This document shows positions 17,856-25,621 of a stretch of DNA of 31,007 nt, piece after piece. Numbering within the stretch: the first letter of the stretch is position 1; each line of letters begins with the position of its first letter. Source of the stretch: a virus (lineage: Duplodnaviria > Caudoviricetes); IMG/VR virus record IMGVR_UViG_3300049924_000472, positions 1 to 31,007 of that record; one strand, 5' to 3'. The notes under the pieces are model-generated. The model searched no databases, was not told where the DNA came from, and saw only the letters and a list, made by a program, of their open reading frames with translations. The position numbers and the translations under genes are program-made.

Positions 17856-18500
17856 TCAGTACGGGTACCACTCGGCGTTCATCTGCAAGTCGGCGTCGGA
17901 GTGCAGCCAGTGCGCGATCAGGATGGGGTAGCCGAGCGTGTCGCGCAGGCGCAGCCAGCGGCCCGCGCCGTTGCTCCCCAGCGTCGTGTCGAACCCCGTG
18001 TGCGGATTGCCCCCGGTGGGCGTGATGACGTCGCACCAGGACGAATCGGTGGGGATAGAAACCCCCACGGACATCAACACGTTCGGAACGGGGAGGAGGG
18101 TGTTGGTCGTGAACGTGAACTCGCCAAAATATTGGCCCGAGAAGCGGTAGATGTTCTCTCTGGCCCCCACATTCCCGAACACGATCGGGGCCATGGGGGC
18201 CGCGCCCCAGATTCGCACGATCGAGTTTTCCACCCCGGCGGTGAGGCCGGCACCGATGGTCTGGAGCCACGCGCGCAGGGCGAGGTTGGTGAGGCCCTTG
18301 CTTTCGAGGACGGCGACGTTGTTCCCGTCCCTTGGCAACTCGGCGAAGTTGTTGTAGGTGTCCGGCGCTGGGAGGGCCGGACCCGTGCTGTACAGCGTGA
18401 GGTTCTGCGGCGGGATGAGGACTTTGCGCGGCTTGCACGCCGAGGCGAGCACCACCTTGTTCGCGTCGTACGCGAGGGATTCGATCTGGGGATTGGCCAT
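17856..18500 (-). CDS. Hypothetical protein (214 aa), probably virion-associated
   Basis: AAGGAG SD; clean ORF ending 2 nt before terS. Confidence 0.75.
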   Translation of the reverse strand: MANPQIESLAYDANKVVLASACKPRKVLIPPQNLTLYSTGPALPAPDTYNNFAELPRDGNNVAVLESKGLTNLALRAWLQTIGAGLTAGVENSIVRIWGAAPMAPIVFGNVGARENIYRFSGQYFGEFTFTTNTLLPVPNVLMSVGVSIPTDSSWCDVITPTGGNPHTGFDTTLGSNGAGRWLRLRDTLGYPILIAHWLHSDADLQMNAEWYPY

Positions 18501-18515
18501 GGGTCAAAACTCCTT

Positions 18516-18549
18516 GGGGTGCTCAAACCGTGGGGGTGCTCAAACCGTG
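18516..18549. repeat. Perfect 17-bp tandem duplication including the SGNH gene stop codon
   Basis: ggggtgctcaaaccgtg twice (18516-18532, 18533-18549). Confidence 0.92.
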
Positions 18550-20057
18550 CTGACGCCGCGGGGGACGCGGGGAATGGTGGTCAACTGGGCAATCCCATCG
18601 AGCATGCTTGCGACGTCGATGTCGGCCTTGAGGCATCCGCCCTCCCACGAGTGGTGCGTGAGGTCCACGTCGGAGCGCAGGTAGCGCACCACCCGCCGCC
18701 AATAGGTCCGCCAGTTGGCCCCGGTCATGGGCTTGTCGGCGGCCGCGCTGGTGTGGTTGAGGATGCACTTGTACCAATGCACGTCGGCCCCCGTGACCTT
18801 CACGTAGTTGCTGGTGGTGTAGGCCGTCGTCACCGCCCATTCCGCCCCGCCGGTCAATCCCGTCACGTCCTCGCCGCTCTTGGTCCACCCCAGCTTTTCG
18901 GTGACGAGCCGCGTGTTCACGACGCGCACCAGCGGATCGGAGTCCGCGATCTCGGCCCAGGCCCCCGCGTACTGGTCGTACTGGACGGCTTGCGGGGCGG
19001 TCGCCTCGATGCGCCAACAGTCCACGAACCCGATCATGGGCAGCGGCTTTCCGGCGGCCCCACGAACAAACGCCGCGAGCGCCTGCACGTTGGCCTTGAA
19101 CTGCGCGGCGGTGTACCCCGCGCCGGAATATCCGTCGTTCGCCCCATATCCCATGGCGATCGCGTCCAGCTGCATGGCCGCGAGCACGGGTTGGCAACTG
19201 CCGTAGGTGGCCGCCACCGTGCCCGTCGTCGCCCCGCCCACCGAAAACCAGGTGGGGGCGATGCCCGCCGTGCGCGTCACGTTGCGGAAGCGGATCGCGA
19301 TGGGCATCACAGGATTGGCCGTGCCCGACTTGATGACGAGCGTCGTGTACTTGTTCGCCGCGTCCAGTTGGAACTGCGCCGTAGTGACCTTCACGACCGC
19401 CTTCGTGCCGACGTCCAGGTTGAGGCCGCTCTCGGTGTTGGAAACGACCAGCGTCCCGCTCGCGTTCGGGATGGAGCCCGTGTGCTTGCGAATCTCCCAC
19501 AGCATCGACGTCGAGAACGTCGCCTCGCTGGTGTACCCCTTTGTTCCCAGGAGGATGTCGCACACCCAGTAGTCCGTCGAGCTGGGGTCGATGAGGTCGC
19601 GTGGGGGCGCGAACTGCGCTTCGGTGGTGGCTCCGAGCTGATCCAGAACGCCGATCATGTCGGGCTGGAGGCAGAACGTCAGCGCCAGCGTGTTCGTCGC
19701 CTTGGTCGGGAAATCAAATCCGGGCGGGAAGTCGGCCGACGAGGTCCCAGTGGCTCCGCCCGCCCCACCCGCGCCGCGAACCAGGGGCGTGTTCTGCACC
19801 GACGATCCCGGCACGCACCAGCCGGTACACGCGACGTACCCGAAGTACTCCGCGCAGCGCTGCACGAAGCGCGGGCAGTACGCTCGTCCCTCGCCGTAGG
19901 TCAGCTCTTGCGAGTCGCCGAAGAAGCCCAGGGCGATCGCCGACACCGTCAACACCGTGCCGGCCACCCGTGCCAGAAACGAACCGAGAAATCCCTGCGC
20001 CGCCGAGGAGGTCGAAACCGGGTAGACGCGAGGAACCTGGAGGTATGTGAGGGACAA
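18540..20057 (-). CDS. SGNH/GDSL hydrolase with an inserted CBM5/12-like module (505 aa)
   Basis: Block I FFGDS, block III GYGAND, block V DLTH; EWAVTTAYTTSNYVKV...WYKCILNHTS...P..GANW..YW resembles CBM5/12. Confidence 0.75.
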   Translation of the reverse strand: MSLTYLQVPRVYPVSTSSAAQGFLGSFLARVAGTVLTVSAIALGFFGDSQELTYGEGRAYCPRFVQRCAEYFGYVACTGWCVPGSSVQNTPLVRGAGGAGGATGTSSADFPPGFDFPTKATNTLALTFCLQPDMIGVLDQLGATTEAQFAPPRDLIDPSSTDYWVCDILLGTKGYTSEATFSTSMLWEIRKHTGSIPNASGTLVVSNTESGLNLDVGTKAVVKVTTAQFQLDAANKYTTLVIKSGTANPVMPIAIRFRNVTRTAGIAPTWFSVGGATTGTVAATYGSCQPVLAAMQLDAIAMGYGANDGYSGAGYTAAQFKANVQALAAFVRGAAGKPLPMIGFVDCWRIEATAPQAVQYDQYAGAWAEIADSDPLVRVVNTRLVTEKLGWTKSGEDVTGLTGGAEWAVTTAYTTSNYVKVTGADVHWYKCILNHTSAAADKPMTGANWRTYWRRVVRYLRSDVDLTHHSWEGGCLKADIDVASMLDGIAQLTTIPRVPRGVSTV

Positions 20058-20077
20058 GGAGCCGCTCCCGCCGCACG

Positions 20078-20103
20078 CGGGCTCCGATCCCGCTCATACA
20101 ATA
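20078..20103. promoter_or_regulatory. Candidate bidirectional promoter with a quasi-palindromic operator
   Basis: TACAAT (+, 20097-20102) overlaps TATTGT (-, 20103-20098); CGGGCTCCGATCCCG at 20078-20092; lies between divergent genes. Confidence 0.6.
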
Positions 20104-20108
20104 GGCCC

Positions 20109-20489
20109 ATGCTCGCCGCACGCCACGAGCTCCCCGTCACGCCCGATTCCATCCACGCACGCAACACCTGCTTCGCCCTGTACCAGTCGGGGCTGGCCCT
20201 GCTCACCCTGGCCGATCACGCCGACGGGTGGTGGACCCGCTCGGCCCTCAACGACCCGCTCACGTCCACGCTCTTCTTGGGCGTCTACTGGCTGCGCGAC
20301 CGCGATCAGCGCCGCCTCTGGCCGGGCATCGCCTTCTGGCTGCAATGGAAAAAAGAACTCCGCACCGTGTGGCTTATCCCCCGGCGCACGGCGAGCGGGT
20401 GGTCCTGGAGTTCCCAGACCAACCACTCCTCCGACATCGAGTGGTCGATGCAGATCGCCGATCCCCTGGGCTTTGCTACGCCGCGGTGA
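20109..20489 (+). CDS. Trp-rich hypothetical protein (126 aa); only plus-strand gene, probably leaderless
   Basis: MLAARHELPVTPDSIHARN...; G/C-ending codons in this frame; TACAAT 6 nt before ATG and no SD; no credible minus-strand gene in this gap. Confidence 0.75.
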   Translation: MLAARHELPVTPDSIHARNTCFALYQSGLALLTLADHADGWWTRSALNDPLTSTLFLGVYWLRDRDQRRLWPGIAFWLQWKKELRTVWLIPRRTASGWSWSSQTNHSSDIEWSMQIADPLGFATPR

Positions 20490-20769
20490 GGCCCGGGATT
20501 CTCGATCGAGATTCCAGCGCCCACCGCACCAGCACGGTGCGCCGTTGCACGCCCAGCTTGGCGTAGACGTGCTTGACGTGCTCGCGGATGGTGTGCGGGG
20601 AGCGGGCCAGCATCTCGGCGATCTCGCGGTCGGTGTACCCATCGGCGACCATCCGCACGATCAGCCGCTCCCGCATGGAGAGCGACATCCCCACCCTCCA
20701 ATCCGGGACGGTGGGGCGATGAACGTTGATGGGGCGATGAACGGCCGCGGCACGTGTTCGCTTGGCCAC
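20476..20769 (-). CDS. Stand-alone LuxR/NarL/GerE-type HTH regulator
   Basis: LSMRERLIVRMVADGYTDREIAEMLARSPHTIREHVKHVYAKLGVQRR fits the LuxR C-terminal consensus; no receiver or ligand domain. Confidence 0.9.
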   Translation of the reverse strand: MAKRTRAAAVHRPINVHRPTVPDWRVGMSLSMRERLIVRMVADGYTDREIAEMLARSPHTIREHVKHVYAKLGVQRRTVLVRWALESRSRIPGLTAA

Positions 20770-20772
20770 GGC

Positions 20773-21276
20773 TTACTTCTTCCCGCCTTTGCTGGGCTTG
20801 GCAGGCTTCGTGCCTTTGTCGGGGGTGGTTGCCTTGCTCGTGTCGTCGGGCGAATGCGTGGTTGGCGTTGGCGAGGGTGGTTCCGACTCGGCGACGGCCT
20901 TGTTCATGGCGAGCACGAGTTCCTGGGCCACCTGCACGCCCAGGTCGGTGAGCTTCCACACGTCCGACGTGTTGCGGCGGAGCGTGCCTCCCTCGTCCAC
21001 TCTTCCCGGGGCCGTCTCGATCAGGTTCCACCGCGTGTGCAGGTTGGAGACGCCCTCGTAGGCGATGCGCCCCGTCTCCTGACGCAGGTAATCGAGGAGG
21101 CGCGGGCCACGCACAAAGCCCAGAAAATCGCCCTTGGTTTCGGCGAGGTGGCCGTCATGCAGCGCGAGCAGGGCCATCCGCGACATGAAGTTGCGATCCT
21201 CCAGGGTCGGCGGTCCACCATCGGGGTTGGGAATCTTCTTGGGGAGGAGTTCGAACGCGAGGGATCGGGCGCTCAT
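20773..21276 (-). CDS. Hypothetical protein, possible winged-helix (167 aa)
   Basis: W.LIE...WKLTDLG...A.EL resembles a wHTH wing; Pro/Lys-rich tail. Confidence 0.6.
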   Translation of the reverse strand: MSARSLAFELLPKKIPNPDGGPPTLEDRNFMSRMALLALHDGHLAETKGDFLGFVRGPRLLDYLRQETGRIAYEGVSNLHTRWNLIETAPGRVDEGGTLRRNTSDVWKLTDLGVQVAQELVLAMNKAVAESEPPSPTPTTHSPDDTSKATTPDKGTKPAKPSKGGKK

Positions 21277-21342
21277 GGGTCATGTTCCGGCTAGCAAGCC
21301 CCAGAGTTTAGCCGTATTTCTTCCGGCCTCCAAGGGGGACAC

Positions 21343-21576
21343 TCATTTGAGGGGGTCATGCAGCCGGTTGTTCCGAATCGTCCGAATCCATCCCCAGGCG
21401 TACAGCACGCACAGGCCGGTGATGAGGTACTGCTCGTGGGCGATGGTCGTCCACACCCAGAAGGGCTGTCCGCACAGGCCGACGACGCCGCCCCAGAATC
21501 GCAGGCGGCGCGAGCCCGACGCCACCAGGTGCATCGCGGTAAGGCCGAAAACGACGATGGCGATCTGGGGCGTCAC
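21343..21576 (-). CDS. Small multi-pass membrane protein (77 aa, half-PnuC-like)
   Basis: About three hydrophobic spans, ending LYAWGWIR; GTGA overlap. Confidence 0.7.
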   Translation of the reverse strand: MTPQIAIVVFGLTAMHLVASGSRRLRFWGGVVGLCGQPFWVWTTIAHEQYLITGLCVLYAWGWIRTIRNNRLHDPLK

Positions 21577-21746
21577 TTGGCGGACCTCGGCTCCTGAGCG
21601 CTCTCTACTGGGTGTACGTGTTCAAGGTACTGGTAGAAACCAGCACCGAGAAGAATGGCAACGACGACAATGAACACAACCAACACCCAAGCCAGCTCGC
21701 CGCTGATCGAATAGTGTTTGATACAACGCTTGGTTTCGTCGCTCAC
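21573..21746 (-). CDS. Small single-TM protein (57 aa)
   Basis: GTG 21746 in GTGA overlap; LAWVLVVFIVVVAILLGAGFY. Confidence 0.65.
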   Translation of the reverse strand: MSDETKRCIKHYSISGELAWVLVVFIVVVAILLGAGFYQYLEHVHPVESAQEPRSAK

Positions 21747-22057
21747 TTCGCGGCCCTCGCAGTCACGACGTATGCCCATCCGCGCAACGTTCGATCGACG
21801 TACACGTCGCATCCATTCAGCGTCAGAGGACGACCGACAACAAGGGCGTTTCGTCCGCTTTCGGTCGGTGTTCGCACTACCGCGGCGTACAAACGGCACG
21901 CCCACAGGCCCATGCGGATATCACACTTTGGTGGAGGGTCCACGAAGCGAACAAACAAATGCCGATCCACTTCTCTCTTGATCTTCTGCAGATGTTGAGT
22001 GAAGCGTACCGAGACAGCCTTGCGCTCGTGCCCATCCGTCGTGTTCCATCGATTCAC
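21743..22057 (-). CDS. Hypothetical protein (104 aa)
   Basis: GTG 22057 after GGAGG, GTGA overlaps at both ends; locally lower GC. Confidence 0.6.
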   Translation of the reverse strand: MNRWNTTDGHERKAVSVRFTQHLQKIKREVDRHLFVRFVDPPPKCDIRMGLWACRLYAAVVRTPTESGRNALVVGRPLTLNGCDVYVDRTLRGWAYVVTARAAK

Positions 22058-22590
22058 GCCACCGCCCTCCTCACCTTGTTCAAGAGCACCCACCGGGCCA
22101 ACAGCGCCGCGTCCGCCATGTTCCCCGCGATCGACTTGGGGCCGAACGCGCACTCGTCCACCTGGAAGGCGTACGCCGCGGCCCGCACGCGCCCGATCTT
22201 CTGCTCGTTCCCCTTGGCGATGTGCGCCGCCCACACGTCCACGGGCACGAGGATCGGATCAAACGCGAACTTCGCGTACACGCCCGAGAGCACCCCGCCC
22301 ACGGCCATGCCGTACACGGGCATGGAGAGTGCCGATCGCCCCTTGTATCCGCCCCATGGCTTACGGCTGGCCGCCGGCAGCTCCACCGCCACGACATCGG
22401 GCGTGTGCCGCGTGATGACCTCGCCCACCTCCCGCATCAGCTTGGGGAACCATGACCCCACCTGGCCCTTCTCCTTCTCGGTGTGTTGGATATCGCCCAC
22501 CAGTTTGAGCACGCCGTCTCCGGGTCCATCTTCGATTAGGGCGTACCCCGTGCATTCCTTCGACGGATCGAACGCGAGGATTTTGTTCAT
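22054..22590 (-). CDS. ruvC: RuvC-like Holliday junction resolvase
   Basis: ILAFDPS...TGYA, PDVVAVE and ADAALLA carry the catalytic acidic motifs. Confidence 0.85.
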   Translation of the reverse strand: MNKILAFDPSKECTGYALIEDGPGDGVLKLVGDIQHTEKEKGQVGSWFPKLMREVGEVITRHTPDVVAVELPAASRKPWGGYKGRSALSMPVYGMAVGGVLSGVYAKFAFDPILVPVDVWAAHIAKGNEQKIGRVRAAAYAFQVDECAFGPKSIAGNMADAALLARWVLLNKVRRAVA

Positions 22591-22839
22591 TCAGTCGGCT
22601 CCATGATCGGGTGGTATTCTGCATGCGACGTGCTCGGCTAAGGCCTTCTCTTTCGTGCTGAAGCGCAGTTCACACGCCGGGCAGATGTACCGACGCAAGC
22701 GGTACGGAACCGTGTCTTTCACGGTGGTTCCAAGCACGCGCGAGTCGATGACCATCACGTTGCGATCCTCACAGCGCGGGCACGGCAGGCACGTACCACG
22801 CGCCCGCACCTTGGGTCTGACCCAGTTCGGAAGGCTCAT
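22591..22839 (-). CDS. NrdR-like zinc-ribbon protein without ATP-cone (82 aa)
   Basis: CPRC...VIDSR...RRYICPAC..RFSTKE matches the NrdR N-terminal domain. Confidence 0.8.
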   Translation of the reverse strand: MSLPNWVRPKVRARGTCLPCPRCEDRNVMVIDSRVLGTTVKDTVPYRLRRYICPACELRFSTKEKALAEHVACRIPPDHGAD

Positions 22840-23138
22840 CCCACCACCCTCGACTTTCCGGCCATGCGCTTGAGCCTGGCGGCTTCACGCACCTGGGCCA
22901 ACGTCGGCCCGCCCACCGACGACTTTGGGAGTGGTGGTGGCGTGTAGCGATCGAGGAAGCGATCGGCCTTCTCGATCGCCTGGGCCATGTGCTCGCGCAA
23001 TGCGAGCACGCTGTCACGGTCCTGCTCGGGTTGCCACGGATCACGCAGCTTGTGGGCGGCGTGGTACACCTCGTTTCCGAGCCGACACAGCATCGCGTGC
23101 AAGACCATCGCTTCGGGCCTGGGAGTTTTCTGGATCAC
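22836..23138 (-). CDS. Hypothetical protein (100 aa)
   Basis: GTG 23138 after GGAGG; 4-nt overlaps at both ends. Confidence 0.7.
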   Translation of the reverse strand: MIQKTPRPEAMVLHAMLCRLGNEVYHAAHKLRDPWQPEQDRDSVLALREHMAQAIEKADRFLDRYTPPPLPKSSVGGPTLAQVREAARLKRMAGKSRVVG

Positions 23139-24019
23139 GCCACACCTCCCGCCGCCGGCACGGCCTCGGGCACCGTCCGCGACGTGCTCTGCGTCACCAG
23201 CGGCGCGCCCAGCAGCTTGCGGATCGAGTTGCCCAGGCACTCGGCCTCGCTCCAATCCCGCCGAACGTACTCCATGTCCAGCGTGTCCTCGTTGATCTGG
23301 GGCTTGGTCCAGGGAATCCACACGGCCACGCGATCGCCGCGCCGGATGGTGAGCCTTCGCCCCGCGGCCCGCACATCCCCCTCGAACATCTCCGCCGGCA
23401 CGGTCTCCGAGAGCCGAACGTTGGCCCGCAAGGGGCTGGTGAGCACCAGGACGGGCTTCCCATACCGCTTGGCGTAGTCGATCGTGAGGGCCTGCCAGTC
23501 CGCGTGGCGGCCGTCCCAATCGGGGCGGCGGTACACGTCGCAGATGACCCGGTCGGTGATCGACGCGACGCCGGCCTCGGAGAGTATCTGGAACGCCTCC
23601 TCGTACGCCGGCGTGACCACCCATTTGCCCGCCGCGTCCCGCCGCATGAAGGGGTATGTCTCGTTGGGCGAACCCAGGTACATGAACGAGAGCCGGCCCG
23701 CCGCGGCGTGGCGTGGGAACCACCCCCGCCACTCGCGGAAGCGGTCGAGCGTGGCCAGCACGGGCGCTCTTCCGTCCTTGGCCGGGTCCAGGCTGATCCA
23801 TCGCGGGTGCGTGGCGATCCACTCCAGGTCCCCGACGAGGTCGGTGTCGATGGGCGTCTCGCGGTCGATCCGCTCGGCGATCTCGCGCGAGAGGCACGTC
23901 GGGTCGGCGCTGTTGGGCTCGATCAGCTCGGCGTGGTACACGAACCGCCACCGCTGGGTAAAGCCCAGGTTGTCGGGCATGTCGTGGACGTTGATCGCGG
24001 ACACCAGTAAGTTCTTCAT
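23135..24019 (-). CDS. Hypothetical protein, possible TIM-barrel glycoside hydrolase-like fold (294 aa)
   Basis: ATG 24019 in ATGA overlap; alternating beta/alpha pattern with LVGDLEW, ICDVY, YAKRYGKPVLV, VAVW; fold is inferred. Confidence 0.6.
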   Translation of the reverse strand: MKNLLVSAINVHDMPDNLGFTQRWRFVYHAELIEPNSADPTCLSREIAERIDRETPIDTDLVGDLEWIATHPRWISLDPAKDGRAPVLATLDRFREWRGWFPRHAAAGRLSFMYLGSPNETYPFMRRDAAGKWVVTPAYEEAFQILSEAGVASITDRVICDVYRRPDWDGRHADWQALTIDYAKRYGKPVLVLTSPLRANVRLSETVPAEMFEGDVRAAGRRLTIRRGDRVAVWIPWTKPQINEDTLDMEYVRRDWSEAECLGNSIRKLLGAPLVTQSTSRTVPEAVPAAGGVA

Positions 24020-24261
24020 CGCTTCTTTCTCCGTGCGTCGCGGGCTTGTCCGTCTTTCCAAACGTAGTCCCAAACCTTCAATGATCCCCGGAAAGGCACC
24101 GCATTCATCGCCGCGTCACAACACGATCGCCTCTCCGCCAGCACCGCCCGACGTATCGCGGCCTTGTTCGTGCGCTTCAACCTAGCGATGATCGCGTCAA
24201 TGCTCGCGTCGATCTCTGACACACTAAAATAACGTAGGGTTTTCCGTTCTCCCGGCGTCAT
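24016..24261 (-). CDS. Hypothetical protein (81 aa)
   Basis: GAGGGAG SD; ATGA overlaps at both ends. Confidence 0.65.
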   Translation of the reverse strand: MTPGERKTLRYFSVSEIDASIDAIIARLKRTNKAAIRRAVLAERRSCCDAAMNAVPFRGSLKVWDYVWKDGQARDARRKKR

Positions 24262-24608
24262 GCTCCCTCGCTTTCGTTCAGGGCGGCGACGAGGGCGTGG
24301 AGAAAGGATGTTCCAAAGAATCCCTTGTCTCTCGACACGCCAATGTAAAACTTCTCGTCGTTGTACGCCCTTGCGCCGGAAGACGTGCTGTCGTTGACGG
24401 TGATCGTCCGCTTTCGCTTCGCCAGCTCCCGCACCGACGCCCCGATGAAGGCGAGTTCCACCACGGCGTCGTCGATGACAGACCCGAACTGTGGGATGCT
24501 CGTTATGTTGTGGATGAAATCTCCCACTTGCTCGTCCCACTCGATCGATGGGGGCCACCACGCCTTGCGCTCCGTCCCAACAACCTCCGCGATCTCTGCA
24601 GCGATCAT
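24258..24608 (-). CDS. Hypothetical protein (116 aa)
   Basis: ATG 24608 in ATGA overlap after GGAG. Confidence 0.65.
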   Translation of the reverse strand: MIAAEIAEVVGTERKAWWPPSIEWDEQVGDFIHNITSIPQFGSVIDDAVVELAFIGASVRELAKRKRTITVNDSTSSGARAYNDEKFYIGVSRDKGFFGTSFLHALVAALNESEGA

Positions 24609-25264
24609 GTTCCATCTCCGGCCATGCGTGCGACATAATCCCGGGCGCGGTTGACCTTGGCCATCAGCTCGCCGCTCCCCGTGGGCTTGTCGGGGTGCGC
24701 CCGCTTCGCCGCCGCCTTGTACACCAAATCCAGGTCCGCCGGCAGGGTGCTCAATACCTCGCCGTCGCTCACCCTGCACAGGAACCGCATCGCGTCCTCG
24801 ATGGTTGCAAACTCCTCGGCGTTGATCGGCGCTCGCCCCTCGTTGGCCCCCGGTGGCAACTGCGCCCAGCCCTTGTACTGCTCTTCACCCTGCACGCATC
24901 CGTACCGCTCCACCGCACGCAGGCGCTCCAGCGTGAGGCCGATCATGTGGACGTTGTATTCGACGCCGTTCCAGCCCGCGCAGAGGAACGCCATCGAAAC
25001 CTTGCCCCGCTTGCGAAAGGAAACTCGCACGGCCGTGTGCTCGGGCTTGGCGTTGCTGTAGGGCCACCCGTCGTTACGCACCTGGTTCGGCTCATACCCC
25101 GCCTCGATCACGACGTCGGTCGCGCCGATCCGCCCCAGCTCGTAGCGCAGGAGGTTGAACGCCTTGCTCCAGGTGATCTTGCCCCGGAACGATCGCACGG
25201 CGTCGGTGCCGATGCTCTTCCACTTCTCGGGCTTCTTCATGTAACGAAATAGAACGTCGATCAT
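24605..25264 (-). CDS. Phage protein with a C-terminal J-domain (DnaJ-like HPD)
   Basis: YKAAAKRAHPDK..GS.ELMAKVNRARD; N-domain ELGRIGA.DVVI...LTLE.LR.VERYG typical of phage J-proteins. Confidence 0.85.
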   Translation of the reverse strand: MIDVLFRYMKKPEKWKSIGTDAVRSFRGKITWSKAFNLLRYELGRIGATDVVIEAGYEPNQVRNDGWPYSNAKPEHTAVRVSFRKRGKVSMAFLCAGWNGVEYNVHMIGLTLERLRAVERYGCVQGEEQYKGWAQLPPGANEGRAPINAEEFATIEDAMRFLCRVSDGEVLSTLPADLDLVYKAAAKRAHPDKPTGSGELMAKVNRARDYVARMAGDGT

Positions 25265-25370
25265 CGCGTGTCTTTCTTACGTTTCGGAGTGCGAACAGAA
25301 GTGCCACGATGGTGATCACCTGCCCAACGCTTGTTACCATTTGCAAGATTTGTCGAGTCGATTCGCTCAT
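25092..25370 (-). CDS. Small membrane protein; start is solid, 3' end uncertain (173-nt overlap with the J-domain gene)
   Basis: ATGA-coupled start MSESTRQILQMVTSVGQVITIVALLFALRNVRK. Confidence 0.45.
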   Translation of the reverse strand: MSESTRQILQMVTSVGQVITIVALLFALRNVRKTRDDRRSISLHEEAREVEEHRHRRRAIVPGQDHLEQGVQPPALRAGADRRDRRRDRGGV

Positions 25371-25621
25371 CGCTTCCCTTTCTTCGCTCGCTTTTTGCTT
25401 TCCCGATCCGCCAGCGTTGCATACGTCGTGCCGACGGCCTGGTAAAAGTCCTGCATGCCCAACGCCACCTTCCGCATCTGCTCGGCGATCCCCGGGACAT
25501 ATCGCGCGTCGTGCTTCTCGATGATCTCTTCCCAGATGCAGACCATGCAGTCCGCGCGGTCCATGAGTTCGGAGAGGAGTTCCGTTTGCCGGTTCGTGTC
25601 CAGGGGTGTCTTTCTGCTCAT
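25367..25621 (-). CDS. Hypothetical protein (84 aa)
   Basis: Clean ORF with ATGA coupling; helical composition. Confidence 0.7.
   Translation of the reverse strand: MSRKTPLDTNRQTELLSELMDRADCMVCIWEEIIEKHDARYVPGIAEQMRKVALGMQDFYQAVGTTYATLADRESKKRAKKGKR

Noticed and set aside
18932-18947. GCGGATCGGAGTCCGC, resembling the operator-like motif
   Set aside because: Inside the SGNH coding sequence (ADSDP), mismatched to the consensus, with no adjacent -10 box; probably chance.
21308-21346. 12-codon ORF MSVPLGGRKKYG coupled by ATGA to the membrane-protein stop
   Set aside because: Too short to support without translation data.
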